From Callorhinchus milii (Eukaryota): 64,000 nt of DNA. Positions 1 through 13,575 of the stretch are shown here, piece by piece. The stretch covers positions 55,368,001 through 55,432,000 of the forward strand of contig NW_024704743.1 of NCBI RefSeq assembly GCF_018977255.1, in the 5' to 3' direction. Position numbers and translations under genes: made by a program. The notes beneath the pieces are model-generated. The model saw nothing but the letters and a program-made list of their open reading frames with translations. It ran no database searches and was not told the DNA's origin. The stretch's first letter is position 1. Every line of letters starts with the position of its first letter.

Positions 1-1582
1 TAAAATTGGTTCTTCACTTCATAGCTGTTTATGGTGCATTGCTGTATGAAAATCGGCTGTCCTGGTCCCCTACAAATACACAGTTACTCCACTTTATAGT
101 AAATTGTGTGAAACACTTTGGGATAATAATAATAATAATCCTTGCATTTGATATAGCACCTTATCATGTCATTGAGACATCTCAAGGTGCTCCACAGAAT
201 ATATTATAAACTAGTTTGACTGTGTATTTTGTGGTCCAAAATTGGTGATGTGATAAGGTGGTCTATCAAATTCCAAGATCTTCATTGTTATTTCATAAGT
301 GCTCATAGCTTTACATATAGGTAAACAGTCCCACCAGCAGCCAGGTTTTAAATTGGCCTGGGGTCAATAACAGTATGAGATGTAAAAAAGTGCTTCACAC
401 AACTGACCGGGATTCCGAGTTGTGGGAGGGAGGAACTTTGGGGAAAATTTCAGGCAATTAGTTTGGTCTTAAGGTGGGTATTGAAAGCGTGGAGGATGGG
501 GGCAGCATGAAAGGGCCCCGATGAGCAAGGGCAGAATGGCTGAAAGCTCGCCAACTGATTTTGGAGTGATGGATCGGGCGGGGATATGAAACAGGCCATT
601 GTTTGCTGAGCGAGGGGAGTACTACTGTGCAGAATTGTGTCTACGTGTGTGCCCATAAACATTGTGTACTGTGTAAATAGGGTTAGGCTGCAAGTGGCAG
701 GTGGCAGCTAACCAAGACTAATAGCCACTTTAGTTCATTTTGGCGGCAATTTCCACCATTTAGTCAGAAAGTTGAGGAATCAAGCGCCATATCAGCTGAC
801 ACTCCTTATTGCATTTTGTTCAAGGTCAGTCTGAAGACCTACTTCTTTGACCACACTTTCTGTCACCTTTTCCCTACCCATCCCCACCCCCATCCCTCTC
901 AGCTCCCGGACGGATTCAGCTTGGATTCAAATAAGATTGTTAAGCATCTTGAGATTGTTCTAGAAATGGAAGGTGCTATATAAATATAAATTTGTATTGT
1001 ATTGCACTTTCAAAGCTGCTACCTTATTTGTTTGTTCAAGTGGATGTTAAGAAGATCCTGGGCTCTATATCAAATAGCTGAGTGTTCTGGCACCCTGGCC
1101 AATCTTCTGAATAAAATTAGTTATTCATCATGTTTTGAAATAATGAATGGTCACTTAAGCAGAGTACTTTGGGGTGCCCATGGAATCGTAGACAAGGATG
1201 AGTCAGTGCTTTCAGGAAAGAAGGAGAAAAATTGTCAGGGACAATGTTTGGCTAGTCTCAACCATCTTCCTAGTGATGGTGTAGGCCAACAGCACAAAAA
1301 TACTCACAATCGAATACAAATAGATGGTAAACTAGGAACCTTACTTAAGAAATCTTAAGGATAGATGATGAAGAATGTGGAAACACTAGCGTTAGTGTAG
1401 AAGGCATCTCTTAAGAGGATAAAATTGGATAGAATATAGGACGCTTTAGCGTGTGACTAGAGGGCATCAATTAATGACAGTTAGAAAACAAGCAAACATG
1501 GAGGTTAGGAGAATTGTTTTTCATTCAGACTAGTTTTGTCCTATAAATTTTTATGGTTTGATGCAGTTGTAACATCTTACAC

Positions 1583-1964
1583 TAATAATGATACTAATAA
1601 TCTTTGCATTTGATATAGGGCCTTATCACATTGTTGAGACATCTCAAAGCGCTCACAGAATATATTGTACAGTGTGTATTTTGTGGGCGAAACACACAGA
1701 AGCCAATTACGCACAGCAGTGTCCCACAAACAGTAATAAAGTGAATTACCAATTTTATTTATTTATATATTTATTTTGGAGTGATCAATACCTCCGGAAT
1801 GCAATTCGCCAATTGACTAACAACTGGGTTCCTACTTACTGCGAGGTTAACATAGGTGCGTGGAGTAAGGAAACTTGCTAAGGTTTCGGCCCACCTGGGA
1901 GTCAAACCTGGGTCCTCTCGCTTGTGAGGCGAGCACACTAACCAAAACTCTACGAGATTCCACA
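1583..1964 (-). mobile_element. Family B SINE (tRNA-Ala-like head, different middle, same 3' half as family A)
   Basis: Reverse strand reads head, then gcaagtttccttactccac..gcagtaagtaggaacccag, then ctgtttgtgggacactgctgtgcg..atcaaatgcaaagattatta. Confidence 0.8.
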
Positions 1965-1982
1965 ATGCCAAGATACAGACGG

Positions 1983-2062
1983 ACACACACACACAGACAT
2001 ACACACTTGCACTCGCGCACACACACTCATACACACACATACGCACATATATACATACATAT
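1983..2062 (+). repeat. Imperfect (CA)n/(TA)n microsatellite
   Basis: acacacacacagacatacacac... Confidence 0.9.
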
Positions 2063-5000
2063 CTGACCTAAGAGCGTTTAATTTTGACAAGTTGCATTGC
2101 CCTAGCAGTAAATTCTTTGCTTTAAAGAGCACACAAAAATTGTTTTGAAATGCAAGCTACTAGCATGATAAACTAACAAGAACACTGGGAGTGGCTAGGT
2201 AAAATACCACCCGGATGTGGCAGGTGTTTAAACTTTATACTGCAGTGTTAAGCAATAATTTCATTTAAAATCTGACTGTTGTTAGGCACGCATCCAACAG
2301 CTGGTATCAGGATCCTTCAGCTGAATGCCAATGAAGGGTGGACTTAGTTAGGACTCTACGCCGCAAATTCAGCAAACCCACCCAATGTGTAATAAATCCA
2401 ACATGCCTGGCTAGTCCTATTGACAAAGGACACGTCAGGAAGTTTCTGTTAATTTTTTTTTCGAAAGGAAATTAATCAATTTTTTTTAAGAAGGAAGAAT
2501 TGTAGTAAATATGTCAAGAAGGCATTTTGCTCTGTGGCTGTAGCTTTCATTATTTAATGGGCTGGAACACTTACAAAAATCTTTGGGAAAATTACAATTC
2601 TAATGTAGGGTACTCAGCACTTTTATCTGATGCATTGTTGGCCAAGACATTAAGAGAACCTTCCTTCCCTTTTTGAAGAGCGAATGGAATTTTTACGTTC
2701 CCCTTTACAAGACCTCTGGCAATACATTACGCCCTTACTATTATACTGGAATATCAGCCTGGACTTTGAGTACGAAATAAGGACTGGGGCCTTGAACCCA
2801 CAACGTCCGATTCAGAGGTAAAATTGCTATCAACTGAGCCAGGCTGACACCAGGCTGACCCTCAAGCATTAGAACATGGTCAGGATTAGCTTTGCTAGCC
2901 ACAATGTTTAGATACCCACCAAAAGTTACTTTCCAAGTATAATCATGTGGAGTGCTTATTTGGACAAGGTACTGGGGAGCCATTGCTTCAGGTTAGCAAA
3001 ATGAGGACAATATAAAAATAACTTTTGCATTTTATATCTTTTAATAATGCCATTTCTTTATTATTATGAAACATTATGTTCAAGGGAAGTCAGCCTTTGA
3101 ATGCCTTATTAGCTCTGCATCTATTCAGGTGGAATGTAAACACATTGGGTATAAAGTCAACAACAACTTACATTTATAAAGCGCCCTTCACATGGGGCAG
3201 GGTCTCAGAGTGCTTAATCACACCGGGATCCCACCTTGATATTTTCTTGCCTGTCCCTGGAAACTTTGAACAAACCATCTTTAACTTTATTGAAAAGCCG
3301 GTCACAGGACTGGCTGAGATTAAAACAATCACCTGAGTTTGATGTTCTGCGCTTGCTTCATGGTGAGCACCTGGAGAGACAAAGTTGAGGAATTTTTTTT
3401 TTCCGACTGATTGATAGCTCATTTGGAGAGATATTAAACTGAGCTCTTGTCTGTCAGCTAAAGAAGAGGACATTAAAGAAGCCATGACATTATATGAAAG
3501 AAGGAAAAAAATCCACAAATAAATTGGTCAGTCACCTCTTGGCTTTTCCGGGACACTGTTTTGCACAAGTTGGCTGCCATGTTCTCCTACAAAATGCAGT
3601 CACTACATGTAACATTAACAACTAGCATTTATATACGCCCTTCATGTATGGTAGCATCCGAGAGCACTTGTCAGTGGTGGAGCACGATGCTGAGTTACTG
3701 TAAAGTGGTTTAAGATGTTTCAACATTATAGGTGTTATAGCAAATGGATTATTAAAGCAATATATATTGGGCAGCATAAACCCAGTCTTTTATCAACAAC
3801 AACAACAGCTTGCATTTATGTAGCCCCCTCCATCCCAGAGCTCTTAAATCCACATTTCTATAAGACTGGGCTGAAAGTCACTTTGCTGCCGGTAGTATAA
3901 TCGCAGCATTAATGTTTTTCATTAACCTTATGACCCTCATAAATAGATTTTAAACTCTAGCAAAAAATTGTCACACAGTAATAACCTACATACATTAACC
4001 ATACATTACAATATTTGATTTTGCAAAAGAAAATGAATTTTAAAAGAATGATCATGATAGCTTAGGAATGAGTTGTGGCCAGAACCAACGATAAGGAGTT
4101 TTCAAAAAAAAAGATGATTTTATTTTAGAAGCCCAGGACTGCTTTATAAAAATAATAATGTAGCTTTGCTACAAAAATGCCTTGGTGATAACTTTTTGTT
4201 GATGTGATTTATTATTGTTTTGAACTGGAAATGCACCCAAAAAGGTATGTAATTATCCTTTGGAAGCTGATGATTTGCTTGAATGCGCTTTATTGCTGAG
4301 AAAGCATTTTACATTTCCAACTACTCCAGGCATTATTATAATAATAATCTAATCTATGCATCTGATATAGCGCCTTATCACGTCACTGAGACATCTCAAA
4401 GAGCTTCACAGAATATACTGTAAAGTGAATTGACTGTATATTTTTTGGATGAAACTCGGCAGCCAATTGCGCACAGCAGTGTCCCATAAACAATTGTGGA
4501 TTGGGTGACTACATTTTGTTTTTATGAAGGGATTATAACCCCCAGAAAGCAATCTACCAATCAACTAGCAACCGTGTTCCTACTTACTGCTAGGGACTCG
4601 TCTACAAATAGTCATTGTGCTTTACAGGAACTTTGTGAAGTGTTTTGAGATGTATAGGCATTATATTAAATGCAAGGGTTATTATTATGATTAATTTGGA
4701 AACTACTTCTTTTTAAGAACTGTGGAAAAAAGGTTCCAAAGTAAGACTGAATGTAATACAGTGCTGCGTTGCCTCAGTGCTTCTGAGCTAGGAAAATGGA
4801 AAATTACAGGCATAGTTTTCTTGTGTATAGTGATTTTTTAAAATCTTGGTCATATGTTGGTGTGTGTCTTTATGTATACTTTTAAACAAACAAGAGGATT
4901 TGGCATAGTTTCATTCATTTTGTTCTTGGATTTTAAAAGCCTATAGTTATGCATCACTCGTACAGAGCTATAGGATAATAAATGTGCTTAGTGGAGAAAC

Positions 5001-8000
5001 TGGAATAAGTGATGAAAAATCAGGTAAAATCTCTGCTGTCTTTATTGACTTAGGGTGTGCACAGGGAGCTGAACAAAACCTTTCAACATGAGTCATCTTA
5101 CCTTAACTATGTTGCTAAGCAACTTTACAACTTTGTGCTAGAAAATGCAGTTCTACACAATCTACACAATTAAAGTCAGTTAAGAATGATTCTTCATTAA
5201 GGGAAACAATATTAATAATATTCCTTACATTTCTTATAGTGCCTTATCACAAGTTGAAACTTCCCACCAGATTTTTGTTGTGAAGTGTAATGACTGTATA
5301 TTTGTATACAAAGAAGGCAGCCAATTTGTGCAAAGCAACAGCCTACAAATAGCCATGAGTTGAATGTCCAATTTTATCTGAGGAAATGTTGGATGAGACA
5401 TTGGAAGAAATTGCAAAGGACAGGATGGACAGGTAGCTACTAACATACCTGATATGCTAGACCTAATAGTGAGTGGTGTTCATTTTTAGAGCATCCAGGC
5501 AATCTCGAGGTTGATGCCCAGTGTTTGCAGGTTGTGAGATATGAAAAAGTAGATAAATTAGAGTTCTTCAGCCTTGAAAAGTGATGCCTCAGAGTAGACA
5601 TTGTAGAGATATATAAGATGCTAAAAGTGATAGAGAAAGTAAACCCAGAACAAGATTTTCCATTATGCTGAGGCAACAAGACAAGAGGTCAGAAGTTAGA
5701 CACAATAAGGAACATGTAGCAGACAATACCAAAGAAGATTTGGATACATATCAATCACTAGACATGCTCTTATTGTTCCTTTCTAATATATAGCTAGGAT
5801 AAGACATATATACCTTGGTTTGAATCTGCAGAATATAATTTTACCTAAGGTAAATAATATCTTCAAATAAATAAATAAATAAAAATAATAATATGGTCAC
5901 TCAATCCACGACTGTTTGCGGGACACTGCTGTGCGCAATTTGCTGCCGTGCTTTGCCAACAAAATATACAGTCAATTCACTTTATAGTATATTCTGTAAA
6001 GTGCTTTGAGAGGTCTCGAAGACCTGATAAGGCGCTATATCAAATGCAAGGAGTATAAGAATTATTATACGGTCACAGGTTCAAGGTTGAGAAGGGTAAC
6101 ATTTGAGCAGAAGTATTTCTTTACAAAAAATTGAATCAAAAGATGGTACAGATTACTTGGAAGAATGGTAGTGACCAGGTGTTGAGACTCATTTTAGAAA
6201 TGGTTTACATTTCTAAATGAGAAATGGTCTAGAATGGCCCTTGATGCAGTAATGTGAAAAATGTAAAATGGGTATACTGGAGGAATAAATAACATTTTCA
6301 ATAATAATAATAGTAATGCTTGAATTTGATATAGTGCCTTATCACATCTATAAATCGTCCCAAAGAATTTCACAGGATTAACTGTGCAGTGACTGTGTAT
6401 GTATAGGTGAAGGATAAGGTCAAATGAATCAAAAAGACTTCTCATCAAATACCACTGTTTAGGCTCCACTATGATCTATAAGTCCAGGCACTCTATGAGG
6501 ATGAGCATCTCCACACTCAAGTCAGTCTTGTTCTGGTAAAGGCCCCTTATAGGTCCTTAACACTGAGGGCAATCAGGATATGACATTTGTACTTCTAGTT
6601 TGAATCCGGTTGATAAAATTAATTATTTGCATAATTCCTGCAAATTTTTAATACGTATTTGATAACAGGCAGTAAAGATTTATTATCTTTATGACATAAA
6701 ATAATTAGGTTGGCTTTCAAACAGGAAATCCGAAAGTGCAAAAAGGATCTGAGTGTTAGTTTTAAGATTGCAAACCACATTATCTTGAGATAGCTCAAAG
6801 TGGAGCATGCTGAAACAATACTCACAAATGCCTATCAACTCCTCCCTCCCTGACCTATGCCTAGACCTCTTAACCACTACCCCACCTCTTTACATATCTC
6901 CACTATTTGTATTTGACTCTCCTCCAAAATCCCTTCAAAAAAAATTGATCACTCAATCCAAGACTGTTTGTGGAACACTGCTGTGCACAATTGACTGCCG
7001 CGTATCGCCCACAAAATAGTCAATTCACTTTACAGTATATTCTGGGAAGTGTTTGAGACGTCTCGAAGATGTGATAAGGTGCTATATCAAATGCAAAGAT
7101 TATTATAATTGGATGACTAAGGTCATTTTCTATTGCTAGTTGTGAGTATTTGAGCATTATATCCAGGCAAAGCAACAAACAGAACACACAGAGTGCTCAG
7201 TGCAATCAATTAATCACTTTATATTAAATGAGGGGTCCATTCTTTCCCATACTTTAGCAAAAGATCTGCGAATTGAGTCAATTATTGGAGAGTGAAATAT
7301 GATCAGTTTAGGTTAGGGGTGATCACCCAGTGTTACAGTACTGCAGCCTTTCACTACATGGGGTATTTTGACTTTTTCAAAATATTTTAAAACCTCTGGC
7401 AACCGGTAATGCATCACTGTCCACAAGCTTTATTTTTGTCAAAGAGCAAGATATTTAGATTTGAGAGATGAAACATGTGTGAGAAATTGCAGGTCACTCA
7501 AGGAGACCATTATTAATAATAATACTAATTCTTACATTTGATCACGCTAAAAAAAACTCTTCATACCGTTTTTGTAACATGTAGTGAATGTATATGTGTA
7601 AGAGACACTGCAGGTAATTTGCAAACAGCAATGTTCCACAAATAGCCATTAAGTGAATGACCAATTTTGTATTGAAGGCATTGTTAATTCTGACATTGAA
7701 TGTCCTCACTTTGTGACCTGCTCCCCATGATCGGGTGTTGATGCAGGTCTGCGATCTTGCAGTGCAAATGATACAACATTACACTGATTGATGAGCTGCA
7801 GCTCAATTACTTTACACATCTGTCTTGATTCAAGGATCTGCTGTGATATTGGAGGGGGTATTGTTGCCCAATCTTTTCACGCCCTAGTCTGAACTCTCCT
7901 AATTTCATGCATCAAGGATAGATCTTTACTGCTTCTTGTGAAACCAGCACTTCATGTTACTTGTGCAATGTATATTGATTATTATTTCTTGATCATTCAT

Positions 8001-9875
8001 GGTACTTAATGTTTATTATAAAGATGGATTTGCTAAAATATTTAGTTCCTATCAATGTGCTACATTGTGTGTGCTTCGTCTTTTTATTATCCAACCATTC
8101 ACTGCACCTTATGTCAGTTTGTCTAATCCTTTATCAGCGTGCAACTTACTGGGAGGAACAGAATCCGCTTACCCTCAAGGTCAGCGTTGGGTGGACAATC
8201 CTGCTTATCAACTTCTTCTGTCTTTGATTGTGCAATTCTCCCGTGAATGGGGAGCAGAGCCTAGCCTAGGTTTGCTCCATTCTTTTTCAACAGCTGCCAC
8301 TGTGGTCTCATAGGTACTTGGCTGTGTATCTCCACCAGTGCAAACACCACTGCAAGGAATGAGAGCTACTAATTGATACAGGCTATGTCGTCTCGATTGT
8401 TACTTCTCTGCGTGAGAACAGACGTGAGTGCATTAATAAATGTCACACATCCCAGTGCACTGCAGGTCTGCAAATATTTGAAGGCAGGTTAAATCCCGCC
8501 CTTATAGCTCTCTCCAAACAATGTTCCAAAGCTTGCCTTTGGAGCGAGGCAGCTTGAAGACTCATAATGAGGTAGTCTGTTCAGGTGTCGGCCATTCAAC
8601 CTTTGGTAATACAATATTGATGTTTGATCACTCCACCTTCTGTGCAACTACATCAAACTACGAGAAGGTTTCTGCATTGTGGGAGTCTGAAATCTGCAGA
8701 TTGTCCCTTGACTTCACGAAGAGTTTGTAAATACCAAATCCAGCAGTAACCAAATGTCCGTCACACCAACCAGGCTCTGCCAATGAGAAACCATGCCAAT
8801 GCACAGCAGAAATATGTGCAAATAGAAAAATGATCCATTTTCCAGGACGAGAACCTGTTAACTTGATGAGCAAACAGAAGGTAGAACATGAAAACTAAAC
8901 TTCATAGAAAACGTTCAACATAAATCTTTCCATTTATGAATGGAATTGAAAAAGTAAGCCATAACTAAAAGTGAACAATATTTAGGATGTGCCAAGGCAG
9001 TAAAAATAAGAGGACATAAGTTTAGCATTGAAAAGGGCAATTTCAGGACTGATAGCAAGAACGTATAAGTAACGACTGAAACAGATTGCCAGGAAGGGTA
9101 TCCTTTCTGGGCCGGTACTCTGATCTCATTTAAAAAGCAGTTTGATGTTGTGATGGGAGGACAGTAGTAGGGTGGGGTGAGATGAGATCAGATGGGCCAA
9201 AGGGCCTTCTTCACCCAAACCAATCTTGTGATTTATGATTTATGAAAAAAGGAACTGAATGTGGAATCACAAAATTGATGGTTAAAATTCTATCTTTTGC
9301 ACTCAAATGTCTCAATTGCATTTGTTTCCAAAGAGTTTGCCCCACCTATCAATATATTGAATCTCCGGTAGCAGCTTAGTGTGTTGAGACTGTTTGTTTA
9401 ATACTGTATGTTGGTCATACTTGGAGGCTCAGCTGTATCAAAGACACAGAACAACATCAGAATCCTGTGCATGTTATTTACCTAAGTGAAATATTTGCAG
9501 ACTTTCATAAAGGAAATCATTAATAATCTCATTTAACTACAGGGGACCTTTTAAAATTATAATATAATGAGGATATATCCAATATTTACCAAATTGAATA
9601 TTCTCCAGATGTGTCACATTGTGATTATCAACAGCTGGTTAGTGGGTTTCTGCATTTTTTTATGTGAAATACTCAAAGTCATTGGTATTCCATTCACCGG
9701 CAGTCAAATAGCATGATCCAAAAGCTGGAAGGCTAATGCATGCCGATGCTCACTGCTATACACACAAAGAATAGTTGGGACTTGAACTCATGTAGTCTAA
9801 GCTGACACTGCAAATGCAGTCCTGTGGGATGGTTGCATTGTTGGAGATGCCATCCTTCATATGAGACATTAAACT

Positions 9876-10249
9876 ATCTCATCACGCTCGTGTTCAAATC
9901 TCTTCACTCCCTGGCACCTCCCTACCTCTCCGACCTCGTCATTCCCCAATCCACCACCCAGCGCCTCCGCTCGACTGGCACTGGCCTCCTGCTCATCCCT
10001 TGCACTCTCCGCCCCACCATCGGACTTCACGCTTTCAGCCACTATACCCCAAAACTGTGGAACACTCTCCCTCAATCCCTCTGCCTTGCCTCCTCTCTCC
10101 CCTTTATCAAGTCCCGCCTGAAAACCTTCCTCTTCAACTGTGCTTACAGCCTCCACCACCCGGCTTGAAGTCAGGCTCCGCCATTGTTAAACGGTCTGAG
10201 ACGTTACCCTGCATGGAGGGCGCTATATAAGTGCAAGTTGTTGTTGTTG
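9876..10249 (+). mobile_element. L2 3' fragment inserted into a SINE, TSD TAAACT
   Basis: FKSLHSLAPPYLSDL..LWNTLP..KTFLF and a (GTT)n tail; TAAACT at 9870-9875 and 10250-10255; SINE sequence continues on both sides. Confidence 0.85.
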
Positions 10250-10687
10250 TAAACTGAGTTCTCGCTTGCCTGTTCAGGAGGACGTTAAAGATCCATGGAA
10301 CTATTCGAAAAGAGAAGGGACTTTCTTTCCATGTCCTGGCTAACGTTTCCCCAAAATAAAATTGGTTATTCACTTCATGATTGTTTGTGGGACATTGCTG
10401 TGCATAATTGGGCTGTTGTGTTTGCCTACAAATACATATTATAGAGGCTGTATCAACGATTATTATTGTTATATTATTTTATTTCAAGATAAGTTTGTTT
10501 ACCTGTTGCAGTGCACTAATTATTAATAAGAGTGAATCGTTACAAGAAGAATGAATCACCCTTCAGAAGGGAGCAGTCAATGAGTTGTTCAGTTTCTAAC
10601 CAAACAAATGGCATACGTTCAAATGGTTCTGCCACTTAGATAATAAAGACATCTGGAAATGAATGAATTCTTTTGAAAACGCAATAA

Positions 10688-11548
10688 TAAGAACATAAGA
10701 ACATAAGAATTAGGAGCAGGAGTAGGCCATTCGGCCCCTCGAGCCTGCCCCGCCATTCGATAAGATCATGGCTGATCTTCAGACCTTACTCTAATTACCT
10801 GCCCTATCCCCATATCCCTAATCCCTCTATTTTTCAAAAATCTATCAGTCTCAGCCTTGAAGATGTTCAAGGACTGAGCATCTACAACCTTATGGAATTC
10901 ACTACCCTCTGAGTGAAGAAATGTTTCCTCAACTCTGTTCTAAAAGGCTGACCCTTAATTTTAAGACTGTGACCCCTGGTTATAGATTCTCCTACCAGGG
11001 GAAACAGACCCTCAGTGTCTACTTTATCAGCCCTTTAAGAATCTTATATGTTTCAATAAGAGCTCCCCTAATTTTTCTGTATTCTAGAGAATATAGCCCT
11101 AGTTTATTCAACCTATCCTCATAGGTCAGATCCCTCATCCCAGGAACTAACCTAGTGAATCTACACTGCACCCCCTCTGGGGCAAGTATGTCCTTTTTAA
11201 ATAAGGAGACCAAAATTGCACACAATACTCTAGGTGCGGTCTCATCAAGGCCCTATGCAGTTGCACCAAGACTTCCCTACTCTTGTATTCTAAACCTTTT
11301 GCAATGAACGCTAACATGCCATTTGCCTTCTTAGTTGCTTGCTGCACCTGCAAACTAACTTTTTGAGACTGGTGTACAAGGACACCCAAATCCCTATGCA
11401 TGCTAACACTATCTAATCTCTCCCCCTCTAGAAAATAATATGTTTTTCTATTTTTTCTACCTAGGTGAATAACTTCACACTTCCCCACATTAAATTCCAT
11501 CTGCCACCTACTCGCCCACTCCCCTAGCCTATCTATATCCCGTTGCAA
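10688..11548 (-). mobile_element. CR1-clade LINE 3' fragment (ORF2 C-terminus, 3'UTR, (TTCTTATG)n-like tail)
   Basis: QRDIDRLGEWASRWQMEFNVGKCEVIHLG, RPHLEYCVQFWSPY and YEDRLNKLGLYSLE; tail aagaacataagaacataagaa on the + strand. Confidence 0.92.
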
Positions 11549-11814
11549 TCTTTTGCAATTAAATTATGTCTCAAAGCACTTCACAGAATATACTGTAAAT
11601 ATACTGAATTGACTGTATATCTTGTGGGAGAATTAATGCAATTAATGTATTGGTACAGTGAAGACCAAAAGAAATATTATTTTGGATATGCAGGCCTGAG
11701 GAGCAAAGATTATTGAGAAGCTATAGTGTTTGTCTTCACAACAATATTGTATATGCTAATTCCTATAATGCCCATAATATCCTAGAGGGACATTTAAAAA
11801 AAACTTGTGTTATA

Positions 11815-12305
11815 GCAGTGACGCAAAGAGTATAGCATAGATTTACTAAGGTGATACCAGGGCTGGCAGGTTACTGCTATAATTATAGACTGGCTAGGTT
11901 AGGCCTGTTTTCATTGGAGATTTTATTCACTATTTAAGAGAGGACCTACTTGAGATGTTTAAATTATAAAAGGGTTTGATAAGGCTAGCATAAATAGACT
12001 GTTCCCACTGACTTAGGAGTCCATAACCAGGGGACACAAAAATAAAGTAGCGCCTAGGGAATCTAAAAGAAAATTTAGGAGGAACTGCTTCACACAGAGG
12101 GTTGTGAGACTGTGGAACTCGCTGCTGAAGTGGTGGTTGAATCAGATTGTACAGATGCTTTGAAGAAGAATCTAGACCTTCACATGAGGGAGAGGAAATA
12201 GATGGTTATGGGAGGCACTAAGGAGTGGGTAGTGATTCACGGGGAGTATAAACACTGGCACCGACTGGTTGGCCGAATGGCCCATTTCTGTGCTGTACAT
12301 TCATT
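11815..12305 (+). mobile_element. Degenerate CR1 3' fragment
   Basis: agatttactaaggtgataccaggg, ttcacacagagggttgtgagactgtggaactc and ggccgaatggcccatttctgtgctgta match the CR1 copy at 10688-11548. Confidence 0.75.
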
Positions 12306-13005
12306 GGAAATATTTATAAATCTTTGTGTTTACAGCAATGTTACCTACTAACCTACCTGGGCACAAAATATCATCTGGTCTGCTTCAAGTACATTTATCA
12401 GATGGTCAGGATAATTTCATTTTAGTTGGACAAAAGCCACCTTCTCACTCTGTGCTTGATGCGTACACTTATATTCCACACACTGCTGCCCAGGCTGGAG
12501 AAAAGCCATAGTCTTCTGAGTGCTTTGGTTCTCAGTACCCTCATGCTGAAATGCTATACTGAAATGCTATGCTCTGTCCAGCGCCTTGGGACATCCTCCC
12601 AATGTGAAAGGTGCTATACAAATGTAATCTTGTTGTTGTTGTTGCTGCATGCACCCACATTTCACACATCATTGCACTATCTTGGCAAAAATCATCTTTA
12701 GGCACACTTTCACAACTTTTCACCTGTTTATTAGACTTGTGATTCTACTTGAAGAAATTATTTTACCTCACCAGTCCAGCGGTTCCTGATACAAGCTTGT
12801 GCAGAGGGCTGCATATAGCTACACCGCACACTGGAGAATAATAAAGGACATGATATTTCACCACCATTTGGAATCAAGGTATTCCCTCAGCTAAGATGAA
12901 CAATTGTCAAAAGAGAAGAGAGAATGTGGTCCTATAGCTACAAATAGCTGTTGGTTGCCCCTTCTTGCCCACGTCGGCATAAAGGAACTTGGCTAAAGTC
13001 AAATA

Positions 13006-13575
13006 AAGTGGAAGCTGTTTAAACTGGACACATTGGGACTGGCCTTTCTGTCCATCTCAACTGGCGTCCCAGGCTACGGAAGTTCCCTTACCTCCTCCCG
13101 CCAGCAGAGGAGCAGCAGCCGAGTCTCCTCCCTCCCATTGCCGGGAATAATTAGCAGTGGCTCCGAACTACTGACAGCCTGGAACTGCTTGGGAATGAAT
13201 GGTATTCCACCCATTCACAAGAGTTCCAGTCTGTTAATCAATCGCGATTTGACTCCTCCTATTCCCGCTCTTGTTTCTTCCCCGTTCTTCCACCCCCTCA
13301 TTGATTGACAGCTCATAACTGCTTGTGAATGGCTGGAGTCTGCTGTCAATCAATTGCAATTTGACTCCTCCCATCTCCTTCCCAGAGCCATTCATGGCGA
13401 GTGAGGAGACGCAGCAGCGACCAGCACGGCATATTGTCTGGATTAACCAGATTTTTGACCGAATTAACCGGCATATTTGAAACAGGTAAGAATACAAATC
13501 AATCAGGGCTGGGCGTTTTGTCCAATTTACCCGGCAACTGGGATTAACTGGGTCAAGCTAAACCGGTTTCCACTG
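13006..13575. mobile_element. Non-autonomous pogo/Tigger-like DNA transposon (MITE)
   Basis: Imperfect 24-bp TIRs (aagtggaagctgtttaaactggac vs rc cagtggaaaccggtttagcttgac, 17/24), TA on both flanks and subterminal ttaacc(a/g)g repeats. Confidence 0.65.

Noticed and set aside
2308..2360. cag-gatccttca (DPS...) resembling AGR coding exon 6
   Set aside because: Similarity collapses after ~10 nt and there is no donor at the expected distance.
4715..4756. aagactgaatgtaa resembling a KTEL-stop ending
   Set aside because: Upstream codons do not resemble the AGR last exon.
12838..12895. MIFHHHLESRYS-like stretch sharing ccaccatttggaa with the AGR CxxS exon
   Set aside because: Only 13 nt identical, no Cys, no proper splice sites and no neighbouring exons in order; cannot be distinguished from chance.
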